DNA of 64,000 nucleotides from Acidobacteriota bacterium (GCA_046725935.1 JBKOZO010000073.1:9341-73340), one strand, 5' to 3'. Positions 28,503 to 38,787 are shown, counted from the stretch's first letter. Made by a program: numbers and translations. The notes: generated by a model not told the origin, from the sequence alone.

Positions 28503-29968
28503 GGGGCGGCGGCGGCGGGCAGGTAGTCCTCCACGAGCGGAAAGTCGGCCAGCTCGCGCGAGACCGCCGCCTCGAGGAAGGTGTCCAGCCACCGGTAGAT
28601 GTCGTGCTCACGCACGGCCCGCCGCAGCTTGCGCATGCGCGCGCGGCGGTCGGCCTCGGGCTGCGTGAGCGCCGCGTAGAGCGCGTCGGCGACGCCTTCG
28701 ACGTCGTACGGGTTGACGAGAAAGGCTCCGGTCTGGAGCTCGGCCGCGGCCCCCGCGAACTCCGAGAGCACCAGCGCGCCCCCGAGATCGGCCTGCGAGG
28801 CGCAGTACTCCTTGCTGACCAGGTTCATTCCGTCTTTCAGGGGCGTGACGAGAGCCACGTCCGCGGCCCGATAGTACGCGGCGAGGCCCTGGCCTTCGAG
28901 CGCGCGGTGGATGTAGTGAATCGGCGCCCAGCCGCCGCCGGTGAACTCGCCGTTGATCTCGCCCACCAGGCGCTCGACCTGCTCCTTGTGCTCGCGATAA
29001 CGGGGAATGTCCTCCCGGCTCGGGACCAGGATCTGGAAGAGCGTGACCCGTTCCCGCAAGTCCGGGTGCTTCCGCAGCAGCCGGCGAAACGCCTCCAGCT
29101 TCTGCGGGATGCCCTTCGTATAGTCGAGACGGTCGATGCCGAGCACGATCCGCCGGCCCGCTTCCCCTTCCCGGATCCTCTCCGCCATCTCGGCTACGAG
29201 CGGGGCCGCGCCGCGGCTCTCGAAGTCCACGAAGTCGATCGAGATCGGAAACGATCCGACCCGCACCTCGCGCTCCGCCGAGCGCATCCTCCAGACCGCG
29301 CCCCGTCCCGAGATGCGCACGTCGGGAAGCAGCAGCCGGACGCACTGCACGAAGTTGCGGCGGTCCCGGACGGTCTGAAAACCGATCAGGTCGTAGGCCA
29401 GCAGCGACTGGAGGACCTGAAAACGCCACGGAAGCTTCAGGAAGATGTCGAGCGGCGGAAACGGGATGTGGAGGAAGAACGCCATGCGCCGGTGGACACC
29501 GCGCTCGCGCAGCGCCGAGCCCATCCGCATCAGATGGTAGTCGTGGATCCACACGAAGTCCTCGGGGGTCGCGCTCTGGACGGCGCAGTCGGCGAACTTG
29601 GCGTTGACCGACTCGTACGCCGACCAGTACTGGGGATCGAAGTTGCACATCGTGACCAGGTCGTGGAAGAGCGGCCACACGATCTCGTTGGAGAAACCGG
29701 CGTAGAAGCCGTCCCTTTCGGCGACCGACAGTGGCACCGGAACCAGCTCGTAGCCGAACCGCCGGCGTGAGTCTCCCAGGAACGCCGCCGGATCCGGGAC
29801 TTCCTGCGCGGTGACGCCCGCCCATCCGATCCAGCGTCCCCCGCGGTCGCGCAGGACTGGGCGAAGGGCGGTGACGAGCCCGCCGCTGCCGGGCTCGATC
29901 TGCCAGTCGCCGTCCTCCCCTTTCGAGAAGGTGAACGGAAGGCGGTTGGACACGACGACCAGATTCAT
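28499..29968 (-). CDS. otsA: Alpha,alpha-trehalose-phosphate synthase (GT20)
   Basis: It starts [12 protein letters not shown] and has the WIHDYHLM and GMNLVSKEY motifs. Its ATG overlaps the otsB stop. Confidence 0.92.
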   Translation of the reverse strand: MNLVVVSNRLPFTFSKGEDGDWQIEPGSGGLVTALRPVLRDRGGRWIGWAGVTAQEVPDPAAFLGDSRRRFGYELVPVPLSVAERDGFYAGFSNEIVWPLFHDLVTMCNFDPQYWSAYESVNAKFADCAVQSATPEDFVWIHDYHLMRMGSALRERGVHRRMAFFLHIPFPPLDIFLKLPWRFQVLQSLLAYDLIGFQTVRDRRNFVQCVRLLLPDVRISGRGAVWRMRSAEREVRVGSFPISIDFVDFESRGAAPLVAEMAERIREGEAGRRIVLGIDRLDYTKGIPQKLEAFRRLLRKHPDLRERVTLFQILVPSREDIPRYREHKEQVERLVGEINGEFTGGGWAPIHYIHRALEGQGLAAYYRAADVALVTPLKDGMNLVSKEYCASQADLGGALVLSEFAGAAAELQTGAFLVNPYDVEGVADALYAALTQPEADRRARMRKLRRAVREHDIYRWLDTFLEAAVSRELADFPLVEDYLPAAAAP

Positions 29969-30777
29969 GCGCTGTCTCCGGAGCATGCGGCGTTCCAGTC
30001 GGCGAGGAAGCGGCGCAGCTCTTCGGGAGGCCGGATCCAAGCCGCGGCCTGCGTGGGCCTGGGCTCGGGCCGCACCAGGACCGCGAGCCCTCGGTCGGCG
30101 AGCGCTCCGAACGCGTCCTCGTCGGTCCGGTCGTCGCCCAGGTACGCGATCGACGCGCCCGGTCCGAGCTCTTCGAGAACCGTCCGCACCACCATACCCT
30201 TCCCCTGGCCTTCCGGACGCAGCTCGACGCCACCGTCGAACCCGAGCAGCTCGAGACCGAACTCGCGCGCGGCCTCGGACCACGTCTCGATCAGCTCCGA
30301 TTCGGCGTCGGCGAATTCCTCGGCCGGCGCGCCGCGGCCGTGGACCGCGAGCCCGTAGGGCTTGCGCTCGAGAAGCGCGCCCCAGCCCAGCTCCGCCATC
30401 GACGCGGACACTCGGTCGAGGAACTCCGCCGCATCCTTCTTCGGCGGAGGGCCGATCCAGCAACCCTCGAGGGTCAGCCGCTCGAGCCCGTGCGAGCCCC
30501 ATAGCTCCGCGACGTTCTCGAGCCCGGTGAGGCGCCTCAGCTCCGCGATCGGCCGGCCGCTCACGATGCCGATGCGCGTCGGCCGCGGAGCGGCCGCAAT
30601 GCTCTTGAGCGCGGCGCGCACCCAGCGGTAGGGCGCCGCCGCCGCTCGCCTAGCCGAGAAAGGCGCCAGCGTACCGTCGTAGTCGAGCAGCAGCGCCCGG
30701 CGTGGAGCGGCCCGCAGACCCGCGAAAAACGGGCCGAACCCTGTGCCGGGTCGCAGAAGAGAGCTCTCGCTGGACAT
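29965..30777 (-). CDS. otsB: Trehalose-6-phosphate phosphatase (HAD)
   Basis: HAD motifs LLLDYDGTL and YLGDDRTDEDAF are present. Confidence 0.88.
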   Translation of the reverse strand: MSSESSLLRPGTGFGPFFAGLRAAPRRALLLDYDGTLAPFSARRAAAAPYRWVRAALKSIAAAPRPTRIGIVSGRPIAELRRLTGLENVAELWGSHGLERLTLEGCWIGPPPKKDAAEFLDRVSASMAELGWGALLERKPYGLAVHGRGAPAEEFADAESELIETWSEAAREFGLELLGFDGGVELRPEGQGKGMVVRTVLEELGPGASIAYLGDDRTDEDAFGALADRGLAVLVRPEPRPTQAAAWIRPPEELRRFLADWNAACSGDSA

Positions 30778-30847
30778 TCTTCGAACGGCTCCGGAGGCGA
30801 GGACACCCGGCGCGCCTCGCGACGCGCCGGGACGTCCGGGGCGCAGA

Positions 30848-31063
30848 TTATTCGTTGCCGGAGTCGACGTCCTCGCCGGTCGGCTTCTGTTCGCGTTCGC
30901 CGGGGCGGGACGCGCCCTCTCTCGGGGATTCCTGGTCCTCCCGCCCGGGGCGGGTCTCCGTGGGCTCTTCGGACTCGCTGCGGGGAGGAGCGTCGCGCTC
31001 GTCGGGACGATTCGGTTGATCGTCGATGCCCGGCTCGCGTTCGCGGCCTTCGAAGTCGCTCAT
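30848..31063 (-). CDS. 71-aa highly acidic intrinsically disordered protein (hydrophilin-like)
   Basis: It has SD GAGGAG and starts MSDFEGREREPGIDDQPNRPDERD. It has no hydrophobic core. It is the first gene after a sigma-54-like motif, upstream of otsBA. Confidence 0.45.
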   Translation of the reverse strand: MSDFEGREREPGIDDQPNRPDERDAPPRSESEEPTETRPGREDQESPREGASRPGEREQKPTGEDVDSGNE

Positions 31064-31111
31064 GGCAGTCTCCTCGTCGTGATGTGGGCGTGAATGCCCA
31101 CAGATCTTCGT

Positions 31112-31127
31112 TGCACGAAGCGTGCCG
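31112..31127 (-). promoter_or_regulatory. Candidate sigma-54 promoter for the acidic IDP-otsB-otsA-GH15 unit
   Basis: The coding strand reads CGGCACGcttcGTGCA with exact spacing. The 38-nt leader contains the hairpin gtgggc-attcac-gcccac. Confidence 0.65.
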
Positions 31128-31137
31128 GCCACACGAC

Positions 31138-31153
31138 TGGCAGGACGATTGCT
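31138..31153 (+). promoter_or_regulatory. Candidate sigma-54 promoter for the metallothionein-like/ku unit
   Basis: TGGCAGgacgaTTGCT has exact spacing. The predicted TSS is about 31164, at SD GGGGAGG. Confidence 0.6.
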
Positions 31154-31176
31154 ACTCATCAACGGGGAGGCAAGCC

Positions 31177-31329
31177 ATGAACTGCGAACACCCCGGTTGT
31201 CATTGCACGGACGCCACGGTCGAGCGCGACGGCAAGCAATTCTGCAGCGAGCGCTGCGCGGACGCCGCGCAGTCGAAGCCGCGCGGCACAGCCTGCGACT
31301 GCGGGCATCCCGACTGCGCCGCGGTCTGA
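31177..31329 (+). CDS. 50-aa Cys/His-rich metallothionein-like protein
   Basis: MNCEHPGCHCTDATVERDGKQFCSERCADAAQSKPRGTACDCGHPDCAAV has a C/H spacing reminiscent of Pseudomonas-type bacterial metallothioneins. It was not separately called in the ORF track. Confidence 0.6.
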   Translation: MNCEHPGCHCTDATVERDGKQFCSERCADAAQSKPRGTACDCGHPDCAAV

Positions 31330-31335
31330 CGCACG

Positions 31336-32157
31336 ATGCGGCCGATCTGGAACGGACACATCACCTTCGGGCTGATCTCGATACCGGTTTCCCTTTACTC
31401 GGCCGTCGAAGCCTCGGAGCGGGTGTCCTTCCGGCTCCTGCACCGGAAGGACCACGCGCCGATCGTCTACAAGAAGTTCTGCAGCGAGGAGGACGTCGAA
31501 GTCCCCAACGACGAGATCGTGCGCGGCTACGAGGTCGACAAGGGCGAATATGCGCTGGCGGAAAAGGAAGACATCGAGAAAGCCGAGGAGGAAGCCGGCG
31601 GCGCCGACGACATGGAGGTCCTGGAGTTCGTCGAGTACTCGGCTTTGAACCCGTTGCTGTTCGACAATCCGTACTACGTCGGAGCCCGCAAGGGCGGCGA
31701 GCACGCCTACGGCGTCCTGAGGGAGGCGCTCAACGACGCGCACCGCGTGGCGATCGTGCGCATCCGGATGCGCAAGAAGCCCCAGCTCGCCACGCTGCTG
31801 CCGGGGCCCAAGGTGCTCTCGCTGGAGACGCTGCGGCCGTTCGGCGAGCTGCGCAATCCGACCGGAGTCGAGGCCCCCGCGAACGTGCGCAAGCCCGCCG
31901 AGGTCAAGATGGCGCGCATGTTGATCGACCAGATGTCCGAGGAGGGCTGGGATCCGGCCGAGCACCCCAACACGTACAAGAAGGCGCTCCGCAAGCTCCT
32001 TTCCTCGCGCCGTAAGTTCGCGCTCAAGGGCAAGGGCCGCGCGGCGGCGGAAGTTCCCGCCAACGTCGTGGACCTGATGGAGTCGCTGAAGAAGAGCCTG
32101 GGCGCCGCACGCACTCGGCCGAAGCGTGCCGCTTCGCGGCGCGCCGGAGCCGCCTAA
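31336..32157 (+). CDS. ku: Non-homologous end-joining protein Ku
   Basis: It starts MRPIWNGHITFGLISIPVSLYSA and has a K/R-rich C-terminal tail. Its stop overlaps the convergent gene's stop. Confidence 0.93.
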   Translation: MRPIWNGHITFGLISIPVSLYSAVEASERVSFRLLHRKDHAPIVYKKFCSEEDVEVPNDEIVRGYEVDKGEYALAEKEDIEKAEEEAGGADDMEVLEFVEYSALNPLLFDNPYYVGARKGGEHAYGVLREALNDAHRVAIVRIRMRKKPQLATLLPGPKVLSLETLRPFGELRNPTGVEAPANVRKPAEVKMARMLIDQMSEEGWDPAEHPNTYKKALRKLLSSRRKFALKGKGRAAAEVPANVVDLMESLKKSLGAARTRPKRAASRRAGAA

Positions 32158-34322
32158 GGCGCGACCTCTACGGCGTTTCCGCGCGACACTTCCACAGCCA
32201 CATCTCCCTCGGCGCGTTCGACGTGGACCTCAACACTCCCGGTGCGCCGCGTAACGAGGAGGTCCGCCTTCGCGCTCCCGACGCGCAGTCCGTCGATCCG
32301 AACCGCCTCGAGGAAGCGCGGCAGCCGCGGCCGCGAGAACTGCACCCGCCGCTCGGGGGCGCTCACTCGCAGGCCCAGGCACGACTGGATCAGCAGGAAC
32401 GCCGCTGCGGAGGACCAGGCCTGCGGCGCGCAGGCCAGCGGGTAGAGCGTCGGGGCCTGGCCGGGCACGCGCTCGAATCCGCAGACGAGCTCCGGCAGCC
32501 TGCGGATCGCGACGAAGCGCGAGAGGTCGAACATGCCCGTCAGGACGCGCACGGCGTGACCCGTGTGGCCGTAGCGCGAGAGCCCCGCGGCGATCAGAGC
32601 GTTGTCGTGGGGCCAGACCGAACCGTTGTGGTAGGACATGGGGTTGAACCCCTTCTGCCCCGCCGCCACGGTGCGCACCCCCCATCCGCTGAACGCGTCG
32701 GCGCTCAGGAGCGCGTCGGCCAGGACCCGGGCGCGCGCGCGCTTCGCGATGCCCGACCACAGAGCGTGCCCGGCGTTGGACGTGAGGACGCGGCAGGGTT
32801 TCTTGTCGCCGTCCAGAGCGAAGCTGTAGAAGGCCCGATTCGGATCCCAGAACGCTTCGTCGAACCGCTCCCGCAGCTGGTCGGCCTTTTCCGAGAGCCG
32901 TGTCGCAAGCTCCGGATCGCCGAGGACTTTCGCCACCGTCGCGGCGGCGCGGCGGGCCGCGTACGCGTAGCCCTGCACTTCGCACAGCGCGATCGGCGGA
33001 GCCGCGGGCGATCCGTCCTCGTGAAAGACCGCGTCGGAGGAATCCTTCCAGCCCTGATGCACGAGTCCGCGCGTCGCGTGCGACGCGTACTCGATGAAGC
33101 CGTCTCCGTCCCGGTCGCCGTACGTGTCCATCCACGCCAGTGCGCGCTCGATGTTGGGCCAGAGCTCCTCCAGGAGCGCGCGGTCTCCGGTTCGGTCGAA
33201 GTAGGCGCCGGCCAGCACGACGAAGAGCGGCGTGGCGTCGACGCTTCCGTAGTACCGCCCGAACGGGACCTCGCCGAGGTTGGCCATCTCGCTGTCGCGC
33301 CACTCGTGGAGGATCTTCCCGGGCTCCGCGTCGCGATCGGGATCCTCGGTCGTGGCCTGCGTGGCGGCGAGGAAGCGCAGCACTCCGCGCGCCGGCTCCG
33401 GATCCAGCCACAGCACCTCGAGCGCCGTGATGATTCCGTCTCGCCCGAAGGGCGCGCTGAACCACGGCGCGCCGGCGTAGGGATACGGCCCCCAGCGCGT
33501 CCGGGTCGTCATCATGCGCAGGTCCACCGCGGAGCGATGCAGCCAGAGGTCCAGCTCCTCGTTGGAGGCGCGCAGCGCGAACAGGTTGCCGGCATGGATC
33601 GGCAGGGATCCCGGAGGCTTCAACAGGCGCGGACGCTCCGAGGAGCGGCAGGCCACCGTCAGCTGCATCAGCCAATCCTTGCCGGCTTCGAGTTGGACCG
33701 GAAACTCCAGGCGCTGGGCCGCGACGTGCGCAGCCGGCGGCCGCGTGTGCACGGTCGCCTCGCGGACCACGCGATCGAGGCCCGTGTAGACGAAACGCAG
33801 GCCGCCGTTTTCGGGAGCGACCGGATGGCGGCGGCCGCGCGCGGCCCGCGTCATTCCCCGAACCTCGAAGATGTCGGCGAAATCCGCGTCGAGTAGGAAG
33901 GCGAGGTGCACCGTGACGGCGGAAGGCGCGTAACTGCGCATCCGCAGGCGCAGGTGCAGCCCCGCCGGCGTGACGCGCAGCTGTTTGCGCACGTGCACGC
34001 TGCCGCGCGGCACCACCAGGCGGTCGCCGTCGAACAGATCCGGGTTCGTCAAATCGGCCACGAAAGCCGAGTTGTCCCGGCGCACGCCCGACGACAGCAG
34101 GAACGGGCGCCCGCCGTCCAGTCCCATCGCCAGGCTCGACAGGTAGCGCGTTCCGGAGCGGTAGAGACCGAGGTCGCCGGTCCCGCCCGGGGCGATGTCG
34201 CCGAATCGGTCCACGACGGCGAAGGTCTCGTCCGCCTTCAGGACGTTCATCGACGCGTCGAGGCGCGCCGAGGACGCCCGGATCGCGAACGGGTTGCCGG
34301 TCTCTTCGAGTTCGGCGCTCAT
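32154..34322 (-). CDS. Amylo-alpha-1,6-glucosidase / glycogen-debranching-like (GDE_N + GDE_C) protein
   Basis: It starts at MSAELEE, overlapping the GT4 stop. Motifs PWFSAPFGRDGIIT, HQGWKDS, CEVQGYAY and YHNGSVWPHDN are present. Confidence 0.88.
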   Translation of the reverse strand: MSAELEETGNPFAIRASSARLDASMNVLKADETFAVVDRFGDIAPGGTGDLGLYRSGTRYLSSLAMGLDGGRPFLLSSGVRRDNSAFVADLTNPDLFDGDRLVVPRGSVHVRKQLRVTPAGLHLRLRMRSYAPSAVTVHLAFLLDADFADIFEVRGMTRAARGRRHPVAPENGGLRFVYTGLDRVVREATVHTRPPAAHVAAQRLEFPVQLEAGKDWLMQLTVACRSSERPRLLKPPGSLPIHAGNLFALRASNEELDLWLHRSAVDLRMMTTRTRWGPYPYAGAPWFSAPFGRDGIITALEVLWLDPEPARGVLRFLAATQATTEDPDRDAEPGKILHEWRDSEMANLGEVPFGRYYGSVDATPLFVVLAGAYFDRTGDRALLEELWPNIERALAWMDTYGDRDGDGFIEYASHATRGLVHQGWKDSSDAVFHEDGSPAAPPIALCEVQGYAYAARRAAATVAKVLGDPELATRLSEKADQLRERFDEAFWDPNRAFYSFALDGDKKPCRVLTSNAGHALWSGIAKRARARVLADALLSADAFSGWGVRTVAAGQKGFNPMSYHNGSVWPHDNALIAAGLSRYGHTGHAVRVLTGMFDLSRFVAIRRLPELVCGFERVPGQAPTLYPLACAPQAWSSAAAFLLIQSCLGLRVSAPERRVQFSRPRLPRFLEAVRIDGLRVGSAKADLLVTRRTGSVEVHVERAEGDVAVEVSRGNAVEVAP

Positions 34323-35440
34323 GACGTGACGCCTCCGGCCTGTCGCGAACGGGCTCCGGCTTCGCGGGACTCGGCCACGCGGCGATAGAGATTCAGGTAG
34401 TCCAGCGCCATCCTCCGGGACGTGAATCGCTGCTCGAATCTCTGGCGGCAAACGCTCCGGTCGATTCGATCGAGATTCTCGACGGCGCCTACCGCGTCGC
34501 GGATGGTGTCGACCACCCAGCCGTTGACGCCGTCTTCCACGATCTCCTCGACAGACCCCGCCCGAAACGCGAGAACGGGCGTGCCGCACGACATCGCCTC
34601 GATCATGACGAGTCCGAAGGGCTCGGGCCAATCGATCGGGAACAGCAGGGCCGCGGCCCCGCCGAGAAAGTCGGGCTTCTCGTGCTCCGAGATCTCCCCC
34701 AGGAATTCGACGTGCGGTTGCAGCAGGAGTCTCCGGATCTCCCGGTCGAAATAGTCCATGTCGGCGCGGTCCACCTTGGCCGCGATCCGGAGCGGCCACC
34801 CGGCACGCCGCGCGATCTCGATCGCGCGATCCACGCGCTTCTCCGGAGAGATCCGGCCGAGGAAGGCGAGGTAGCCGCCGTCCCCCGGCGCGAACGGCAA
34901 CAGATCCCGCGGCAGCCCGTGGTGGACGGTCCCCTGCCAGTTGGCGTGGGGCAGGGGCGCGCGCTGCGAATCCGAGATGGACGCGAGCGCCATCTCCTCG
35001 TACTCGCGGTAGACGGGCACCAGATCCGGCAGGTCCAGCCGCCCGTGGAGCGTCGTCAGCGTGGGCGTACCGGTGCGCCGCGCGAACGGGTAGTGGAGAT
35101 AGTCGGTATGGAGATGGATGACGTCGAAGTTGGGCGCGCGCTCGAAGACGTGCTCGAGGTGGACGATGTGACGCGCGAGCGGATCCGCGCAGGATCCGTC
35201 CAGACGCAGCGAGCGCGGCGATCCCGGAACGAGCCGAGCGCGCGTGCGCGAGTCGCCGCTGGCGAAGAGCGTCACGTCGTGGCCCATCGCCACGAGCTCC
35301 TCGGTCAGGTACGAGACCACGCGCTCGGTACCTCCGTAGAGCTTGGGCGGAACGCTCTCGTAGAGCGGCGCCACCTGGGCGATCCGCAAGCCTCCGCGCA
35401 CGCGGCGAGGCCAGTCGAACCCGGTATCGGGATTCCCCAC
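34319..35440 (-). CDS. Glycosyltransferase family 4
   Basis: It has RIAQVAPLYESVPPKLYGGTERVV and EPFGLVMIEAMSCGTPV (the EX7E region). The start is uncertain: the predicted sigma-54 TSS at about 35442 favours GTG 35401 or TTG 35389. Confidence 0.85.
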   Translation of the reverse strand: MGNPDTGFDWPRRVRGGLRIAQVAPLYESVPPKLYGGTERVVSYLTEELVAMGHDVTLFASGDSRTRARLVPGSPRSLRLDGSCADPLARHIVHLEHVFERAPNFDVIHLHTDYLHYPFARRTGTPTLTTLHGRLDLPDLVPVYREYEEMALASISDSQRAPLPHANWQGTVHHGLPRDLLPFAPGDGGYLAFLGRISPEKRVDRAIEIARRAGWPLRIAAKVDRADMDYFDREIRRLLLQPHVEFLGEISEHEKPDFLGGAAALLFPIDWPEPFGLVMIEAMSCGTPVLAFRAGSVEEIVEDGVNGWVVDTIRDAVGAVENLDRIDRSVCRQRFEQRFTSRRMALDYLNLYRRVAESREAGARSRQAGGVTS

Positions 35441-35452
35441 GTCCTTCGAAAC

Positions 35453-35468
35453 AGCAGGATCCGTGCCG
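35453..35468 (-). promoter_or_regulatory. Candidate sigma-54 promoter for the GT4-GDE unit
   Basis: The coding strand reads CGGCACGgatcCTGCT with exact spacing. Confidence 0.6.
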
Positions 35469-35506
35469 GAATTACCGCCGATTCGCGGAGCCGGAATTCG
35501 GCCGCT

Positions 35507-35899
35507 TTATTCCCGCCCGCGCCGCTTTTGCTCCGTTTTGGGATCCCTCGATGCGCGCCGGCGCCTCCAGCGCCGCGAGGGCGGCCGCCGAAACTCGCGC
35601 AGCACCAGGACGATCTCTCCCAGCGCCACCCGGCGGCTGTCGCCGCCGAGCGCGTCCGCCGACGCGCTGAGGGTCGACAAACCCCGGACCGCGAGATGCG
35701 CCTCCGCGATCCGGGTCGGACCGCGAGCGAGGCGCAGGCGGACGAAGAACTCGGGCCCTTCTCCGAGAACGACCTCGCGCCGGCTCCGAAAGAGAACGGG
35801 AAGACCGGTACGCGACGCCCACCACTGCGCGTCCGCTTCGGGCTCGGAGGTGTCGAGTACGAGCCCGTGAAATCCCAGAAGCTCTCGGGGAGCGCTCAT
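35507..35899 (-). CDS. Hypothetical protein, possibly a glyoxalase/VOC-like fold
   Basis: Its ATG overlaps the HAD stop. The N-terminal LLGFHGLVLDTSEPEADAQWWASRTGLPVL resembles a VOC beta-alpha-beta unit. The C-terminal tail is Arg-rich and may be read-through. Confidence 0.35.
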   Translation of the reverse strand: MSAPRELLGFHGLVLDTSEPEADAQWWASRTGLPVLFRSRREVVLGEGPEFFVRLRLARGPTRIAEAHLAVRGLSTLSASADALGGDSRRVALGEIVLVLREFRRPPSRRWRRRRASRDPKTEQKRRGRE

Positions 35900-36615
35900 C
35901 GAAAGAGATCCCGGCCGCGCCGCCAGAGATCCGCGAGATCGTCGAACCTGCCGTCCGCGCGGGAGAGGAGGCGGTCCGGAAAACCCCCGGAAGAGACGGC
36001 GAGGCATGGAACACCGATCTGGTGCGCCGCGGCGATGTCGTAGGGCGTGTCGCCGATCGCGACCGGGCGGCGCTTGCCGAGGCGAAACCGCGCGATGGAG
36101 ATCGAGAAGATGTCGTCGAACGGCTTGGCGCTCGCGACGTCGTCCGCCGACGTGAACCCGTCGATCGAACGCGACAGCCCCAGGCGCCGCAGGGTCTTCT
36201 CGACGACGCGCCGGTCGGCCGAGGTCGCGATGACGACGGTCAGACCACTCCGGCGCATCGCGCGCACCGCGGCCGCGGCTCCGGGAAAGGGCCGCATCGC
36301 CCGCCGACCCGAATTGAGGAACAGCTCGACCTGGAGAGATCCGAGGGCCGAGCCGAGAAAGTGCCGTTCCGTGGGCCCCGCAAACTCGCGGAGAAGCTCC
36401 TGGCCTCCTTTGCCGACCTCACGCCGGATTCGTGCCGGCGAAACGTGATGGCCGAAGCGCCGCAGGGCCTTCGACCAGGCTCGGGCGTGCGCGTCGTTGG
36501 AGTCGATCAGCGTTCCGTCCAGATCGAGGAGGACCGCCCCGAAGCCCCGCCCACGCGCTCGCGACGAAGAGAAAGGACGGCGCCGCCGTAACGGAGCCGT
36601 CCCCGCCGAAACCAC
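35896..36615 (-). CDS. HAD-superfamily hydrolase (phosphatase, subfamily IA-like)
   Basis: Motifs VLLDLDGTLIDS and IGDTPYDIAAA are present. The GTG start abuts the stop of the lmo0937-family gene. Confidence 0.82.
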   Translation of the reverse strand: MVSAGTAPLRRRRPFSSSRARGRGFGAVLLDLDGTLIDSNDAHARAWSKALRRFGHHVSPARIRREVGKGGQELLREFAGPTERHFLGSALGSLQVELFLNSGRRAMRPFPGAAAAVRAMRRSGLTVVIATSADRRVVEKTLRRLGLSRSIDGFTSADDVASAKPFDDIFSISIARFRLGKRRPVAIGDTPYDIAAAHQIGVPCLAVSSGGFPDRLLSRADGRFDDLADLWRRGRDLFR

Positions 36616-36765
36616 TTATACCGTTCGACGCCCCTGGATCAGGTTGATGATCAGGATGACGACCGCGATCACGAGCAGGATGTGAATGAAGCCCGAGAGC
36701 GTGTATCCGGAAACCAGCCCGAGGAGCCAGAGGATCAGGAGGATGACGAAGATGGTCCACAGCAT
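36616..36765 (-). CDS. lmo0937-family 49-aa membrane protein
   Basis: It is absent from the ORF track (under 60 aa). The translation is MLWTIFVILLILWLLGLVSGYTLSGFIHILLVIAVVILIINLIQGRRTV, the typical family signature. SD AAGGAAG is present. Confidence 0.8.
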   Translation of the reverse strand: MLWTIFVILLILWLLGLVSGYTLSGFIHILLVIAVVILIINLIQGRRTV

Positions 36766-36816
36766 CGGAGATCTTCCTTTCCGGGGCGCCCCAGCCGGCC
36801 CCCGTCGAGGAGGTAC

Positions 36817-36832
36817 AGCGATTTTCGTGCCA
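36817..36832 (-). promoter_or_regulatory. Candidate sigma-54 promoter for the lmo0937-HAD unit
   Basis: The coding strand reads TGGCACGaaaaTCGCT with exact spacing. The leader is 41 nt. Confidence 0.65.
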
Positions 36833-36869
36833 GCGCCGGCGGCGACGACGCGCCGCGGCGATGCGCGCG

Positions 36870-38117
<1,248 letters not shown>

Positions 38118-38204
38118 CCCGGGGATCTCCGTTGAGGAACCTTCGGCCTTCATTCTCGGGATCGTCTATTTAACACGATGCACCCGGTTTTGGCCGGGGG
38201 GTTT

Positions 38205-38447
38205 TCAGCCGGCGCTCAAACCGCTTCCCAGCAACATTTCCCGGCCCCGTTCGAACAGCGAAAACGCCTTATCGAGCTCGCGGCGGGCGACTTCGAGCGG
38301 CTCGGCGGGGTCCGCCCCCTTCTTCGCCAGCCGGGAGGCCCGCTCGAGATGCAGGGCGACGGCGGACAGAGGTGTTGCGACGTCGTGAAAGAAACGGCGC
38401 AGATCGGCGGACGCGGCCGGCGAGCCCGCCTGAGAGTCGCTCGTCAT
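38205..38447 (-). CDS. 80-aa stand-alone DHp (HisKA-like) helical-hairpin protein with no ATPase domain
   Basis: It has SD AAGGAG, an H-box LRRFFHDVATPLSAV and a second helix. The gene ends 88 nt upstream of the activator gene. Confidence 0.55.
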   Translation of the reverse strand: MTSDSQAGSPAASADLRRFFHDVATPLSAVALHLERASRLAKKGADPAEPLEVARRELDKAFSLFERGREMLLGSGLSAG

Positions 38448-38577
38448 TGGGAGCTCCTTGCTTGCATGCGGCCAGAGATTCCCCTCGTCTGGATCCTACG
38501 ACATGTTCCGGAACGCGAGAAAACTCCGCCGGAGTTTCCGGAGACGACGGCTCGACGGTCAATTGCGACGGTCAGAT

Positions 38578-38739
38578 TCAGACGGCGAGATTGTCGACCG
38601 CGGCCAGGCCCAGCGCCAGAAACAGTACGAAGAGAGCCGCCAGGATCGCCGCGGCGATCTTGCCCGCGGCCAGCGGAACGGCCACGAGCCCGAGGATCGC
38701 GAGAACCAGACACGCGAGAGCGATCTTCAAGAGGAACAT
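38578..38739 (-). CDS. 53-aa two-TM small membrane protein (DUF1328-like)
   Basis: It is absent from the ORF track. SD GGAGGAG is present. The translation is MFLLKIALACLVLAILGLVAVPLAAGKIAAAILAALFVLFLALGLAAVDNLAV, with the same layout as the 25395 DUF1328 gene. Confidence 0.55.
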   Translation of the reverse strand: MFLLKIALACLVLAILGLVAVPLAAGKIAAAILAALFVLFLALGLAAVDNLAV

Positions 38740-38753
38740 CACTCCTCCCCGAC

Positions 38754-38787
38754 AAAAAAAGGTCCCGCCGGCTTGACCAGCGGGACC
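38754..38787 (-). terminator. Rho-independent terminator after the tandem-repeat protein gene
   Basis: The coding strand reads GGTCCCGC-loop-GCGGGACC followed by TTTTTTT. Confidence 0.75.

Noticed and set aside
38461-38476. Sigma-54-like string TGGCCGcatgcAAGCA upstream of the DHp-only gene.
   Set aside because: The GG-N10-GC spacing is right, but both hexamers are poor. The predicted TSS would fall 1 nt before the ATG, which would exclude the obvious AAGGAG Shine-Dalgarno. The gene is more likely transcribed by read-through from upstream.
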